Below, piece by piece: positions 1 through 8,521 of a stretch of 64,000 nucleotides of DNA. The stretch covers positions 96,001-160,000 of the forward strand of contig JAXHMG010000003.1 in the NCBI GenBank assembly GCA_034521595.1, written 5' to 3'. A program made the position numbers and the translations under genes. Numbering within the stretch: position 1 is the first letter of the stretch; each line of letters opens with the position of its first letter. Source of the DNA: Gemmatimonadota bacterium. Its GTDB lineage: Bacteria > Gemmatimonadota > Gemmatimonadetes > Longimicrobiales > Gaopeijiaceae. The notes beneath the pieces were generated by a model. The model saw only the letters and a list, made by a program, of their open reading frames with translations, had not been told where the DNA came from and did no database searches.

Positions 1-24
1 CGGGTGCCATGACGAGCCGCGCCT

Positions 25-1155
25 TCAACGGTCGAAGTACGCTTGCAGAGCTTCGGTCTCCGTCGTGCGTGTCATCGCCAACATGAGGAGGACCCGGGCC
101 TTCTGGGGACTCAGGTTGTCGGCGAGCACGACACCGGCGTCGAGGAGCTCGATGTTGTTCGAATACAGTGGGACGACGCGTCCGGTGAGGACGCGGGTGC
201 TCGTCACGACGGGAATGCCGCGCGCCCTGACTTCCTCGATCGCCGCGACGGAGCCGCTGCTCACGTGACCCAGGCCGACGCCCGCGACCACGAGGCCATC
301 CATCGTGTCCTGTTCCAAGAGGGCACGGATGACGCGGCCGTCGGACCCCGCGTACTCCATGACGATCTCAACGGTGGGGAGCTCGTCGTCGGCTCGCAGA
401 GGGATGGTCTGGCGACGCGTGGGGCTCCGGTAGAAGCGGACTTCTTCGACGTCCGCAACGCCGAGTAGACCGAAGTCGAGCGTCTGGAAGGTTTCCACCC
501 TCATGGTATTCGTCTTGGTAACCTCTCGGGCGGCGTTGATCTGGCCGTTCATGACGACCATGGCGCCCTTGCCCACCGCTTCCGGAGACACGGCGACACG
601 GACCGCGTTCAGCAAGTTCCTCGGGCCGTCGCTGTCCTCCTCCATGGCCGAGCGCTGGGCACCGATCACGATGACCGGCTTGTCACTCCGGACGGTCAGG
701 TCGAGGAAATAGGCGGTCTCCTCCAGGGTGTCGGTGCCGTGCGTGACGATCACGCCCGCCACGTCCGGCTCGGCCAGGAGAGCGTTCGTGCGGCGTTCCA
801 GCTGTCGCCACGTGTCGGGCGTCATGTCCCAGGAGTTCACGTTCGCGATCTGTTCCACGCTCATGCGCGCGAGGTCTTCGAGCTCCGGGACGGCTTCCAC
901 GATCTCGTCCCCCGTCAGCGCCGCTCGCAGCGCTCCGGCCTCTTCGTCGTACCGGCTCGCGATGGTTCCCCCGGTCGCGAGAACCACGACCCTGGGAAGT
1001 GCTTCGTCCTGGGCGCCGCCTCCTTCGACCTGTGCGTGAGCAGTAGGGGGGGTGGGCAGGGCGGTCAGTGCCATGAGAGCGATCAGCGTGAGCGCTCGGG
1101 GGACGGGGGTCCGGTCGGCGGTGACGGTGTGGGCGGTCGCTGCAGAGTGGGACAT
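25..1155 (-). CDS. ansB: L-asparaginase, type II (secreted)
   Basis: ATGGTIAS and HGTDTLEET catalytic Thr motifs; N-terminal signal-peptide-like segment ending AHA-Q. Confidence 0.88.
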   Translation of the reverse strand: MSHSAATAHTVTADRTPVPRALTLIALMALTALPTPPTAHAQVEGGGAQDEALPRVVVLATGGTIASRYDEEAGALRAALTGDEIVEAVPELEDLARMSVEQIANVNSWDMTPDTWRQLERRTNALLAEPDVAGVIVTHGTDTLEETAYFLDLTVRSDKPVIVIGAQRSAMEEDSDGPRNLLNAVRVAVSPEAVGKGAMVVMNGQINAAREVTKTNTMRVETFQTLDFGLLGVADVEEVRFYRSPTRRQTIPLRADDELPTVEIVMEYAGSDGRVIRALLEQDTMDGLVVAGVGLGHVSSGSVAAIEEVRARGIPVVTSTRVLTGRVVPLYSNNIELLDAGVVLADNLSPQKARVLLMLAMTRTTETEALQAYFDR

Positions 1156-1391
1156 GAGCGGCTCCGGGTTCAGGGGCGTGGCTCGCGTCGGCGTCTCGAT
1201 GCTCCGGCGCGTGGTCTGGGGACAATCGATAAGGGTTCGAAGGCCCGCACGCGAACGCGGCGAGCCGGCGGAGCCTGCGCTCGTCCCGCGGGGCCTTGTT
1301 CCCGGGGAGGGGGCGCGTCACACTTCTCCGCTGACAATGCCGCGGCCGGCCGCGGCGGCCTGGAACACATTCGCACGCACCGGAGAGCGAC

Positions 1392-1742
1392 ATGATCGAC
1401 AACCTCGATTGGCGGTACCACCGCCCGGGCTGACAGAGCTGCAAGAAGACGCAAGAGTTTCTTGCGACGCACGGCATCGGCGACGGCCACCTCCGGAGCG
1501 CGACCGCCGACCCCATCGAGGGTCGGGCCGCGCTCGAGCTCCTGGAGGGCATCGACGAGCTCTGGGTGGCGAAGGGGCGTAAGATCGTGCGCTATGACCT
1601 CCGGTCCGAGCGGCCTTCGGACGATGAGCTCCTCGGTTCCATGCTGGGTCGGTCGGGCAAGCTGCGGGCACCGACGAGCCGGGTCGGGAGGCTCCTTCTG
1701 GTCGGATACAACCAGGACTTGTTGGAGGAAGCTCTTCTCTGA
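1392..1742 (+). CDS. ArsC/Spx-like thioredoxin-fold protein, probable selenoprotein (in-frame UGA at 1431-1433, UxxC)
   Basis: GGAGAG RBS, ATG 1392; reads MIDNLDWRYHRPG-U-QSCKKTQEFL...SGKLRAPTSRVGRLLLVGYNQDLLEEALL*, an ArsC-like CxxC plus LRAP..LLVG pattern; hairpin 1450-1466 downstream of the UGA; absent from the ORF track. Confidence 0.8.
1450..1466 (+). promoter_or_regulatory. Putative bacterial SECIS hairpin
   Basis: CGCAAGA-GTT-TCTTGCG stem-loop whose G-containing apical loop starts ~23 nt after the UGA; alternative longer pairing GCAAGAA(1441)/TTCTTGC. Confidence 0.6.
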
Positions 1743-1963
1743 CTTGACTTCTCGCCCTTTAGAAGCGAGCCTTGTCCCCAACCGGAACCGGACTCTGTTC
1801 GGTCCACGAAAATACGTAAGCGAAGGCGGTGGCTTTCGAGAGTCATTCGCCTATGAGCATGTGGCCGAGGTGGCCACACCCCGCGCGGGGTGACCGCGCA
1901 AGTATGGTGTCGGGAAGTACGGATCATCCGAAACTCCGACCATCGAACATCCAAGGGAGCGCG

Positions 1964-2176
1964 ATGATGCGTACCAGAGGAACTGTGAAGTGGTTCAATG
2001 ACCAGAAGGGCTTCGGCTTCATCAGCCCGGAGGACGGAAGCAAGGACTGCTTCGTCCACCACAGCGCCATTCAGATGGAGGGCTTCAAGAGCCTGACCGA
2101 AGGCGCCACCGTCGAATTCGACGTGGTCGAGGGTGCCAAGGGCCCAGCCGCGGAGAACGTGGTGGAGCTCTCGTAG
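1964..2176 (+). CDS. cspA: Cold-shock protein
   Basis: [15 protein letters not shown] (RNP1), DCFVHHSAI (RNP2), [10 protein letters not shown]. Confidence 0.95.
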   Translation: MMRTRGTVKWFNDQKGFGFISPEDGSKDCFVHHSAIQMEGFKSLTEGATVEFDVVEGAKGPAAENVVELS

Positions 2177-2201
2177 GGTCATAGGTACCACGGTACCTCT
2201 G

Positions 2202-2241
2202 CGGGCCGTCCCGGAGTCACTCCGGGACGGCCCGTTTTTTT
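2202..2241 (+). terminator. Rho-independent terminator after cspA
   Basis: 15-bp perfect stem CGGGCCGTCCCGGAG/CTCCGGGACGGCCCG followed by T7. Confidence 0.9.
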
Positions 2242-2277
2242 GTGCTCAACACTCGCCATCTTGGCCGTGTCTTTATA

Positions 2278-2296
2278 GTGGTATATGATATACCAC
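2278..2296. promoter_or_regulatory. Putative NsrR/Rrf2 operator (perfect 9-1-9 palindrome)
   Basis: GTGGTATAT-G-ATATACCAC, AT-rich in a GC-rich context, 32 nt upstream of the Rrf2 gene; resembles the NsrR-box pattern GATGYAT-N5-ATRCATC. Confidence 0.7.
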
Positions 2297-2328
2297 GTTT
2301 GGCACACCACTTTAGCGAGTCGTCCTCG

Positions 2329-2778
2329 ATGAGGCTTTCCAGGTTTACCGATATCGGGCTCCGAGCCCTCATGTATATCGCCGCGCAGGGCCGCAACGTC
2401 TCTGCGCGAGAGGTGGCGGACGCCTACGGCGTCTCACGCGACCACGTGACCAAGAGCATGCAAGGTCTCGTGGCACTCGGGGCATTGAGCTCGACACCGG
2501 GAAGGAACGGGGGGTTCGCGTTGGATGCGGACCCATCGACGCTCCGCCTCGGAGATCTCGTGCGCAGCCTCGAGCCGAGCCTGGCGATCGCGGAGTGCTT
2601 CGGAGAGGATTCCACCTGCCCGCTCACGGACGACTGTGCGCTGGCGTCCGCCCTGTTCCAAGCACGCGAGGCGTTCTTCGTCTCGCTTGATCGCTACACC
2701 TTGGCCGATCTGGTCTCCGGGACGTATCAAGGCCTGGTTCAGATCGCTCCGCGGGAGCTGGAGGTGGCTCGTGCGTAA
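2329..2778 (+). CDS. nsrR: Rrf2-family transcriptional regulator, NsrR-like
   Basis: MRLSRFTDIGLRALMY N-terminus with Asp8, GRNGGF wing, three Cys in ECFGEDSTCPLTDDC. Confidence 0.8.
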   Translation: MRLSRFTDIGLRALMYIAAQGRNVSAREVADAYGVSRDHVTKSMQGLVALGALSSTPGRNGGFALDADPSTLRLGDLVRSLEPSLAIAECFGEDSTCPLTDDCALASALFQAREAFFVSLDRYTLADLVSGTYQGLVQIAPRELEVARA

Positions 2779-3190
2779 CGTCCGTGACGGCGTCACCGAG
2801 CCCCGCATCCGCGCCATGGTCGAGACGTTCTACGAACGCATTCGCGAAGACGAGGCGCTCGGACCGATCTTCGAAAGCCACATCGGGGGCACCTGGCCGG
2901 AGCACATGGACCGGATGGTCGACTTCTGGTCCAGCGTCCTGCTCGGCACCGCTCGGTTCCGCGGCAATCCGGCCGCGCGACACCATGCCATGGCCGAGCT
3001 CCGGCCCGAGCATTTCGACCGTTGGCTGGAGCTCTTCGAAGAAGTCCTCGGGGAGATCTTCGCGGAGCCCGATGCCACGGATATCCTCTGGCGTGCCCGA
3101 CGCATGCGCCACGTGCTCGACACCGGCTCGTCTCAGGATGCCACTTCCTCACACCTCACAGCTCTTTCCACGACGAGGGCAACACGATGA
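2771..3190 (+). CDS. Group III truncated haemoglobin (trHbP)
   Basis: MVETFYERIREDEALGPIF, WPEHMDRMVDFWSSVLL, F.GNP...H, HFDRWLELF; GTG start with GGAGG RBS overlapping the nsrR stop. Confidence 0.88.
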   Translation: MRNVRDGVTEPRIRAMVETFYERIREDEALGPIFESHIGGTWPEHMDRMVDFWSSVLLGTARFRGNPAARHHAMAELRPEHFDRWLELFEEVLGEIFAEPDATDILWRARRMRHVLDTGSSQDATSSHLTALSTTRATR

Positions 3191-4593
3191 TCATGACTTC
3201 GGAAAACCGATCGGAAATCAGGCCCGGTGCGGTCACTTCCCGAAGCCGGAGCAACCTGCTGGCGGCTATCGGGATCGGGCTCGCGGGGACGCTGTTCTCG
3301 GTCGTCCCCGCCGCGGGGCAGAGCTCCGGGGGAGCGTACGAGCATGTCGACGACGAAGGCTCTCCGGTCGACCCCATCGCGATCCTTCAGAAGCAGCTCG
3401 ACTCGGACGAGGCCGTGCTCGACTTCAAGGACGAGCAGGGCTATCTGGTCTCGCTCCTCGAGGCCCTCGACATCCCGGTTTCGTCGCAGGGGCTGATCTT
3501 CTCGAGGACGAGCCTGCAGACCAACCTGATCACGCCGTGGACACCCCGAGCCGTCTACTACAACGACGACGTGTACATCGGGTACGTGCAGGACAGCCCG
3601 ATCCTCGAGATCGCTTCCATCGATCCGGACGACGGCGGAGTGTTCTACACCCTCGAACAGGATCCGGACAGCGAGCCCGAGTTCAAGGAAGAGGGCACGA
3701 CGTGCTTGATGTGCCACGAGTCGCGGTCGGTGACCGACGGGGTGGCGGGCGTCATGGTGCGCTCGGTCGTCGTGGACCGGTTCGGCTATCCCATCTCGCC
3801 GTTGCACGAAGGCTCGACGACCGACCGCACACCGCTGGACCGCCGCTTCGCGGGGTGGTACGTCACCGGGACCCACGAAGGCGGCCCGCACGCGGGGAAC
3901 GCTTATGCCCCGGTGCTCAGCCACGAAGTTTCGGATGTGTCGGCTTACCTCGAGGAGTTCGATGTCAATGCCGACGGCAACGTCGTCGACCTGGAGGGTC
4001 GCTTCGACTCCGAGCCGTATCTCACCGCGCACAGCGACATCGTGAGCCTGATGGTGCTGACGCACCAGACCCGGGTGCACAACCTCATCACCGTCGCGCA
4101 CGAGGCGGCCAAGGAAGCCGTTGGTGGAGCGGCGATGTTGGCCCGGATGCGCGACGGTTCGATCCCCACCCCCGACATTCCGTCGAGGGCCCAGGTTCGT
4201 ATCAATGGAGCGGTGGAGCGGATGGTGCGCTCGATGCTCTTCGCCCGGGAGGCGCCGCTGCCGGGGCCGGTCGAGGGCACGTCGGGCTTCGAGGAAGAGT
4301 TCGAGGCGCGAGGCCCGTTCGACGACGAGGGGCGTTCGCTCCGCGAGTTCGACCTCGAGGAGCGTCTGTTCCGTTATCCGATGAGCTTCCTCATCTATTC
4401 GGACGCATTCGTGACGTTGCCGGACCTGATCAAGGAACCGTTCTATCGCCGCGTGGCGGAGATCCTGGACGGCCGGGACAGGACCGGGGAATACGACCAT
4501 CTCGACGAGTCCGATCGGACGGCCATTCGGGAGATCCTCGAGGCGACCAAGCCGGAATTCCTGGAGTTCACCGAGGAAGAGACGGCCCGATGA
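3187..4593 (+). CDS. Secreted hypothetical protein with a single CxxCH c-type haem motif
   Basis: Long ORF with ATGA overlap with trHb; hydrophobic signal segment LLAAIGIGLAGTLFSVVPAAG; TTCLMCHES motif. Confidence 0.7.
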   Translation: MIMTSENRSEIRPGAVTSRSRSNLLAAIGIGLAGTLFSVVPAAGQSSGGAYEHVDDEGSPVDPIAILQKQLDSDEAVLDFKDEQGYLVSLLEALDIPVSSQGLIFSRTSLQTNLITPWTPRAVYYNDDVYIGYVQDSPILEIASIDPDDGGVFYTLEQDPDSEPEFKEEGTTCLMCHESRSVTDGVAGVMVRSVVVDRFGYPISPLHEGSTTDRTPLDRRFAGWYVTGTHEGGPHAGNAYAPVLSHEVSDVSAYLEEFDVNADGNVVDLEGRFDSEPYLTAHSDIVSLMVLTHQTRVHNLITVAHEAAKEAVGGAAMLARMRDGSIPTPDIPSRAQVRINGAVERMVRSMLFAREAPLPGPVEGTSGFEEEFEARGPFDDEGRSLREFDLEERLFRYPMSFLIYSDAFVTLPDLIKEPFYRRVAEILDGRDRTGEYDHLDESDRTAIREILEATKPEFLEFTEEETAR

Positions 4594-4597
4594 GGGA

Positions 4598-4642
4598 ATG
4601 GAGGGCCGGTCCGTGCCCGAGCGCGCGGGGCCGGCCCTCCAT
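4598..4642. repeat. GC-rich inverted repeat (REP-like hairpin or bidirectional terminator)
   Basis: ATGGAGGGCCGG...CCGGCCCTCCAT 12-bp perfect arms between convergent genes. Confidence 0.45.
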
Positions 4643-4652
4643 CGCCTGTGGT

Positions 4653-4930
4653 TAGCAGCCCGTGGCAGAAGTCTGGTGGGTCGCGCACGAGGGTCTTGCG
4701 GATATCGTACAAGGAAGAGCGACGAATGCGATGCCAAAGCATCGGGGAGGAGCTATGACGCCGTACGATGCCGCAACCCCCTCGTGCCCTTCGGGTTGGG
4801 GCGGCACGGCCCCATCTCCGTCGTTGCCACTCCTTGACGTAGCTCAGGGCTATGCCTTCGTCGTGTCGCCTAGGGTCTGGGGCCGTGGCGCTCCCAACGC
4901 GACCCACCAGACTTCTGCCACGGGCTGCTA
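4653..4930. mobile_element. MITE-like non-coding element, copy 1 (278 bp)
   Basis: 33-bp perfect TIR TAGCAGCCCGTGGCAGAAGTCTGGTGGGTCGCG (4653-4685 / 4898-4930); near-identical core repeated at 8522-8906. Confidence 0.8.
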
Positions 4931-4947
4931 GTGAAGGCGCTTTGCCG

Positions 4948-5373
4948 CTACACCGGCCAGTCCTGGAGAATCCGCTCGGTCTCCTCGGCGTGCTCGCTCT
5001 CGTCCCGAACCATGTCCTCGAGCTGCACGGAGAGACCCTTGTCCCCGTAGGCGTCGGCCTCCTGGGCGCGCTTCGTGTAGTCTGCGACAGCTTTCCGTTC
5101 GGCCGTGAGGACGGCTTCGAGCATCTCCCGATTGGTGCTCGCCGCAGCGATCTCACGGGGGCGGGTCGTCGGCTCGCCCCCGAGGGCGACGATCTTGTTG
5201 GCGAGGAACTGAGCGTGCGTCTGCTCGTCGGCGACCTCCGCGAGGAAGAACTCGGAGAGCTGGGGACGGTAGGGCCCGGACGCCTTGGCCGCGTACGTCA
5301 GATATTGGATGATGGCCGAGAGCTCTCCCGTCAGGTCTTCGTTCAGCTTGTCGATCAGGGTCTGCTTGTTCAC
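4948..5373 (-). CDS. Ferritin-like/bacterioferritin-family protein
   Basis: ELSAIIQY, EVADEQTH, ERKAVADY, DESEH di-iron ExxH motifs; KIVALGGEP; GTG start with GGAGG RBS. Confidence 0.85.
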   Translation of the reverse strand: MNKQTLIDKLNEDLTGELSAIIQYLTYAAKASGPYRPQLSEFFLAEVADEQTHAQFLANKIVALGGEPTTRPREIAAASTNREMLEAVLTAERKAVADYTKRAQEADAYGDKGLSVQLEDMVRDESEHAEETERILQDWPV

Positions 5374-5461
5374 GGAGTTCCTCCCTCCTCGGTGGGATAG
5401 CGGTCCTGGGACCTCGAGCATTCTCGAAAGGTGATGCGCTCGGGGGGATCGGGCCAGCCCG

Positions 5462-6406
5462 TCACCCGTCCTGCCCGGACGGTGTCTCGTCGCCTTCGTC
5501 CTGCTCGAAGAGCTCGGTCGTGAGATACCGTGCCGCCGAATCCGGAGCGATGCAGGCGACCCTGTGCCCCGGTCCCAGCTCACGCGCTACCTCGAGCGCG
5601 TTCCAGACGATCGCGCCGCTGCTCATCCCTACGAACAACCCTTCCTCGCGAGCGAGCCGCCGGGCCAGGGGAAAGGCGTCTTCCTCCCAGGCAGTGCGCA
5701 CCTCGTCGATCACCGAGCGGTCCAGATTAGTGGGAATGAACCCGGGGCCCATCCCCTGAAACTGGTGCGTGCCGCGCTCTTCTCCGGAAAGGACGGCGCT
5801 CCGCGCGGGCTCCACGGCGACCACCCGGACCTCCTCGAGACGTTCCTTTAGATAGCGGCCGACACCCGAAATCGTGCCGCCGGTCCCGCTCCCGTAGACG
5901 AACGCATCGATGCGCCCGTCCATTTGCGTCCAGATCTCGGGAGCGGTGACTTCGTAGTGCGCCTGCGGGTTCGCCGGATTTTCGAACTGATTCGGTAGGA
6001 ACGCCCCCGTTCGATCGCGGATTTTTTCCGCTTCCGCGATGGCCGCGAGCATGCGGAGCTCCGGGTCGGTCAGCACGAGCTCCGCGCCGTACGCCAGGAG
6101 CGTCTGCTTCCGCTCGAAGCTCATCGTCGAGGGAAGGCAGAGGGTCAGGTGGTAGCCCCGTGCCGCCGCGACCTGAGCCAAGCCGATGCCCGTGTTGCCC
6201 GACGTCGGCTCGACGATCCGGCCCCCGGGCTCGAGCACCCCTCGGCGTTCGGCGTCCAGCACCATGCCGAGGGCGGGACGATCCTTGATGGAGCCGCCCG
6301 GGTTCATGCCCTCCAGCTTGACCCAGACCTCTGCTTCGTCCGGACCGATGACCCGGCGGAGTCGGACCATGGGTGTGTTGCCGATGAACGCGTCGATGGT
6401 CGTCAC
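5462..6406 (-). CDS. cysK: Cysteine synthase A
   Basis: IGNTPMVRL, KLEGMNPGGSIKDR (PLP Lys), EPTSGNTGIGLA, GSGTGGTI. Confidence 0.92.
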   Translation of the reverse strand: MTTIDAFIGNTPMVRLRRVIGPDEAEVWVKLEGMNPGGSIKDRPALGMVLDAERRGVLEPGGRIVEPTSGNTGIGLAQVAAARGYHLTLCLPSTMSFERKQTLLAYGAELVLTDPELRMLAAIAEAEKIRDRTGAFLPNQFENPANPQAHYEVTAPEIWTQMDGRIDAFVYGSGTGGTISGVGRYLKERLEEVRVVAVEPARSAVLSGEERGTHQFQGMGPGFIPTNLDRSVIDEVRTAWEEDAFPLARRLAREEGLFVGMSSGAIVWNALEVARELGPGHRVACIAPDSAARYLTTELFEQDEGDETPSGQDG

Positions 6407-6533
6407 GTCTGGAGCGTTCCTGTCGCGGAGCCCGCTCGTGAGGTGCCACGCGAACGGCAAGCAGGCTATGATGAATGGGTCCTCCGGCACCCGGCCGGTG
6501 GCGTCGATGCTTCAGCCGGAGCTGCCTCCAAAC

Positions 6534-7196
6534 GTGACACGCGCGACGCTCGTTCCCAAGACCGTCTTGCCCGCGATCCTCTTCGTTGCGCTCGCGTGCG
6601 TTGGCGACGAGGGAGCCTCGGACGCGTCGGCCGCGGCCACGGTGCCCGATTCGTTCGACGTGGTGCTGAGCACGAGCGGCGGAGAAATCGTGATGCGGAT
6701 GCACCGTGCCTGGTCGCCGAGAGCGGTGGATCGGGTGTACGAGCTCGTGAGCTCGGGCTTCTACGACGGAGCTCGCTTCTACCGGGTGAACGAGCAATTC
6801 GCCCAGTTCGGCTTCAGTGGTCGACCGGAGCGCGACACGGTGTGGATGGAGCGGCGGCTGCCCGACGAGCCGGTCCGTGCGTCCAATGTTCGGGGCACGG
6901 TGGCGTTCGGCCGAGCCGGGCCGAACTCGCGCAACTTCGTGTTGTTCGTGAACCTGGTGGACAACACCTTTCTCGATACGTGGTCGGGCGACGGTGTCGA
7001 CGGATTTCCGCCGGTCGGTCGTGTGGAGCGGGGCCTGGAGGTGGCGGAAAACCTGTACTCGGGTCACGGAGATGCGATCGTGGCCATGGAAGACTCGATT
7101 CTCGCACGGGGCAACGCGTTCCTCGATCGCCGCTTCCCCGGGTTGGATTCGATCGTAGGCGCCGAAATCACTCGAAGCTGGACAGACAGCCCATGA
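6534..7196 (+). CDS. Cyclophilin-type peptidyl-prolyl isomerase (lipoprotein)
   Basis: GFYDGARFYRV..FAQFG, SNVRGTVAF, LFVNLVDNTFLD, FPPVGRV; lipobox-like ALAC; start uncertain. Confidence 0.85.
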   Translation: MTRATLVPKTVLPAILFVALACVGDEGASDASAAATVPDSFDVVLSTSGGEIVMRMHRAWSPRAVDRVYELVSSGFYDGARFYRVNEQFAQFGFSGRPERDTVWMERRLPDEPVRASNVRGTVAFGRAGPNSRNFVLFVNLVDNTFLDTWSGDGVDGFPPVGRVERGLEVAENLYSGHGDAIVAMEDSILARGNAFLDRRFPGLDSIVGAEITRSWTDSP

Positions 7197-7543
7197 CGTC
7201 GCCGGATCATCTCAGTGAGGATCAGCTCGCCGCCCTCCGAGCGGAGCTCGACCGGGAGCTCGCGAAGCTGGAACAGAGCATGGAGGTCACCGACGAGGCG
7301 CTCCGGCCGGTGCAGTTGGATCAGACCGCCGTGGGGCGGCTCTCGCGCATCGACTCGTTGCAGAACCAAGGGCTGACCAAGAACCTGCGGGAGCGAGAGC
7401 AGGCCAAGCTCGGGATGCTCGTGGAAGCCCTCAAGCGTATCGAGGCCGGCCGGTACGGGATCTGCGAGGAATGCGGAGGGCCGATTCCCTTCGAGCGATT
7501 GATCGTGATGCCGGAAACACCGACGTGCTCGGCCTGCGCTTGA
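7193..7543 (+). CDS. TraR/DksA C4-type zinc-finger protein
   Basis: GRLSRIDSLQNQ; YGICEECGGPIPFERL..PETPTCSAC; ATGA overlap with the upstream gene. Confidence 0.88.
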   Translation: MTSPDHLSEDQLAALRAELDRELAKLEQSMEVTDEALRPVQLDQTAVGRLSRIDSLQNQGLTKNLREREQAKLGMLVEALKRIEAGRYGICEECGGPIPFERLIVMPETPTCSACA

Positions 7544-7610
7544 AGGCCGGGGCCGAGAGCGAGGGGGCGCTTCTACGCCTCGCGGACGCCTCATGGCCCG
7601 CGACCCCGGC

Positions 7611-8285
7611 TCATCCGTCGACGAGCGTCGCGCTCACGATCCGCGTGAGATCGGGAAACTCCTGGTCGAGGTAGGCGTTCCCTCGGGCCTCGACCATGGC
7701 CTGATAGGGGCCTTCGCCCCTCGGGGGACCGTCGCCGTACCCGTCATGGAACCGGTCGACCACGTCCATCCCTTCCACCACCTCGCCGACGGGGGCGAAG
7801 TGGTTTTCGTCCAGCTGCGGGTTGTCAGCGAGATTGATGAAGACCTCGGTGGTGCGGGTGTGACGCCCTCCCTTGGCGAAGGTCACGCGTCCGCGGGTGT
7901 TTTCCCGCACCACGGGGTCGTCGACGAGGTACTCGGTCTTCCACGCCTGATTCACGTACGGGTCTCCGTTGAGCCCGAACTGGGCGACGAAGCCGTCCAC
8001 GACGCGGTATACGCGCGTGTCGTCGAAGAACCCGCTCTTCACCAGGTTGTAGAACCGATCGGCGCCGAGCGGTGCCCAGGCGCGGTGCACCTCCACCACG
8101 AAGTCACCCGCGCTCGTCTCGAATCGCGCGCGGAAGGTTTCGGGCGCTCGCTCGTCGAAGCGTTCCGGGCGAAGCAGGGGGTTCGGCCGCTGGGCGTCCG
8201 AGGTGTCGGCCTCACCCGAGCAGGCGAGAGCGACGATGGCGGTGGCCCACAGTGGGGTGCGGCGAAGGATGGGGGGAGCAAGCAC
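7611..8285 (-). CDS. Cyclophilin-type peptidyl-prolyl isomerase (lipoprotein), second paralogue
   Basis: WAPLGADRFYNLVKSGFFD, RVVDGFVAQFG, NTRGRVTFA, FINLADN; lipobox ALAC. Confidence 0.88.
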   Translation of the reverse strand: MLAPPILRRTPLWATAIVALACSGEADTSDAQRPNPLLRPERFDERAPETFRARFETSAGDFVVEVHRAWAPLGADRFYNLVKSGFFDDTRVYRVVDGFVAQFGLNGDPYVNQAWKTEYLVDDPVVRENTRGRVTFAKGGRHTRTTEVFINLADNPQLDENHFAPVGEVVEGMDVVDRFHDGYGDGPPRGEGPYQAMVEARGNAYLDQEFPDLTRIVSATLVDG

Positions 8286-8521
8286 TCGGATCTCCGGACG
8301 TGGAAAACACCAGTGGAGGATGTGGGTCTGGGAAGGCGGTCCGTCAAGGTTGGCATCAACTGGCGCTCCCGGACCGTTCGGTGCCGTCCCGTTCTACGAC
8401 GGGCTGCTCGGAGCGCCGTATGGAGCACATTCGCCCGCATGACGTAGTACCGTGTGAGCCCAGGCTACGAGGACCTTTATCCGACTCGATGAATATGTGA
8501 ACCGTGGCGCGCATACAGAGT

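Noticed and set aside
2299-2316. Sigma54-like TTGGCAC motif upstream of nsrR
   Set aside because: The -12 element reads TTTA rather than TTGC
4598-4931. Short ORFs called within the repeat copies (also 8394-8907)
   Set aside because: They lie inside the TIR element, differ in frame between copies and have no protein-like features
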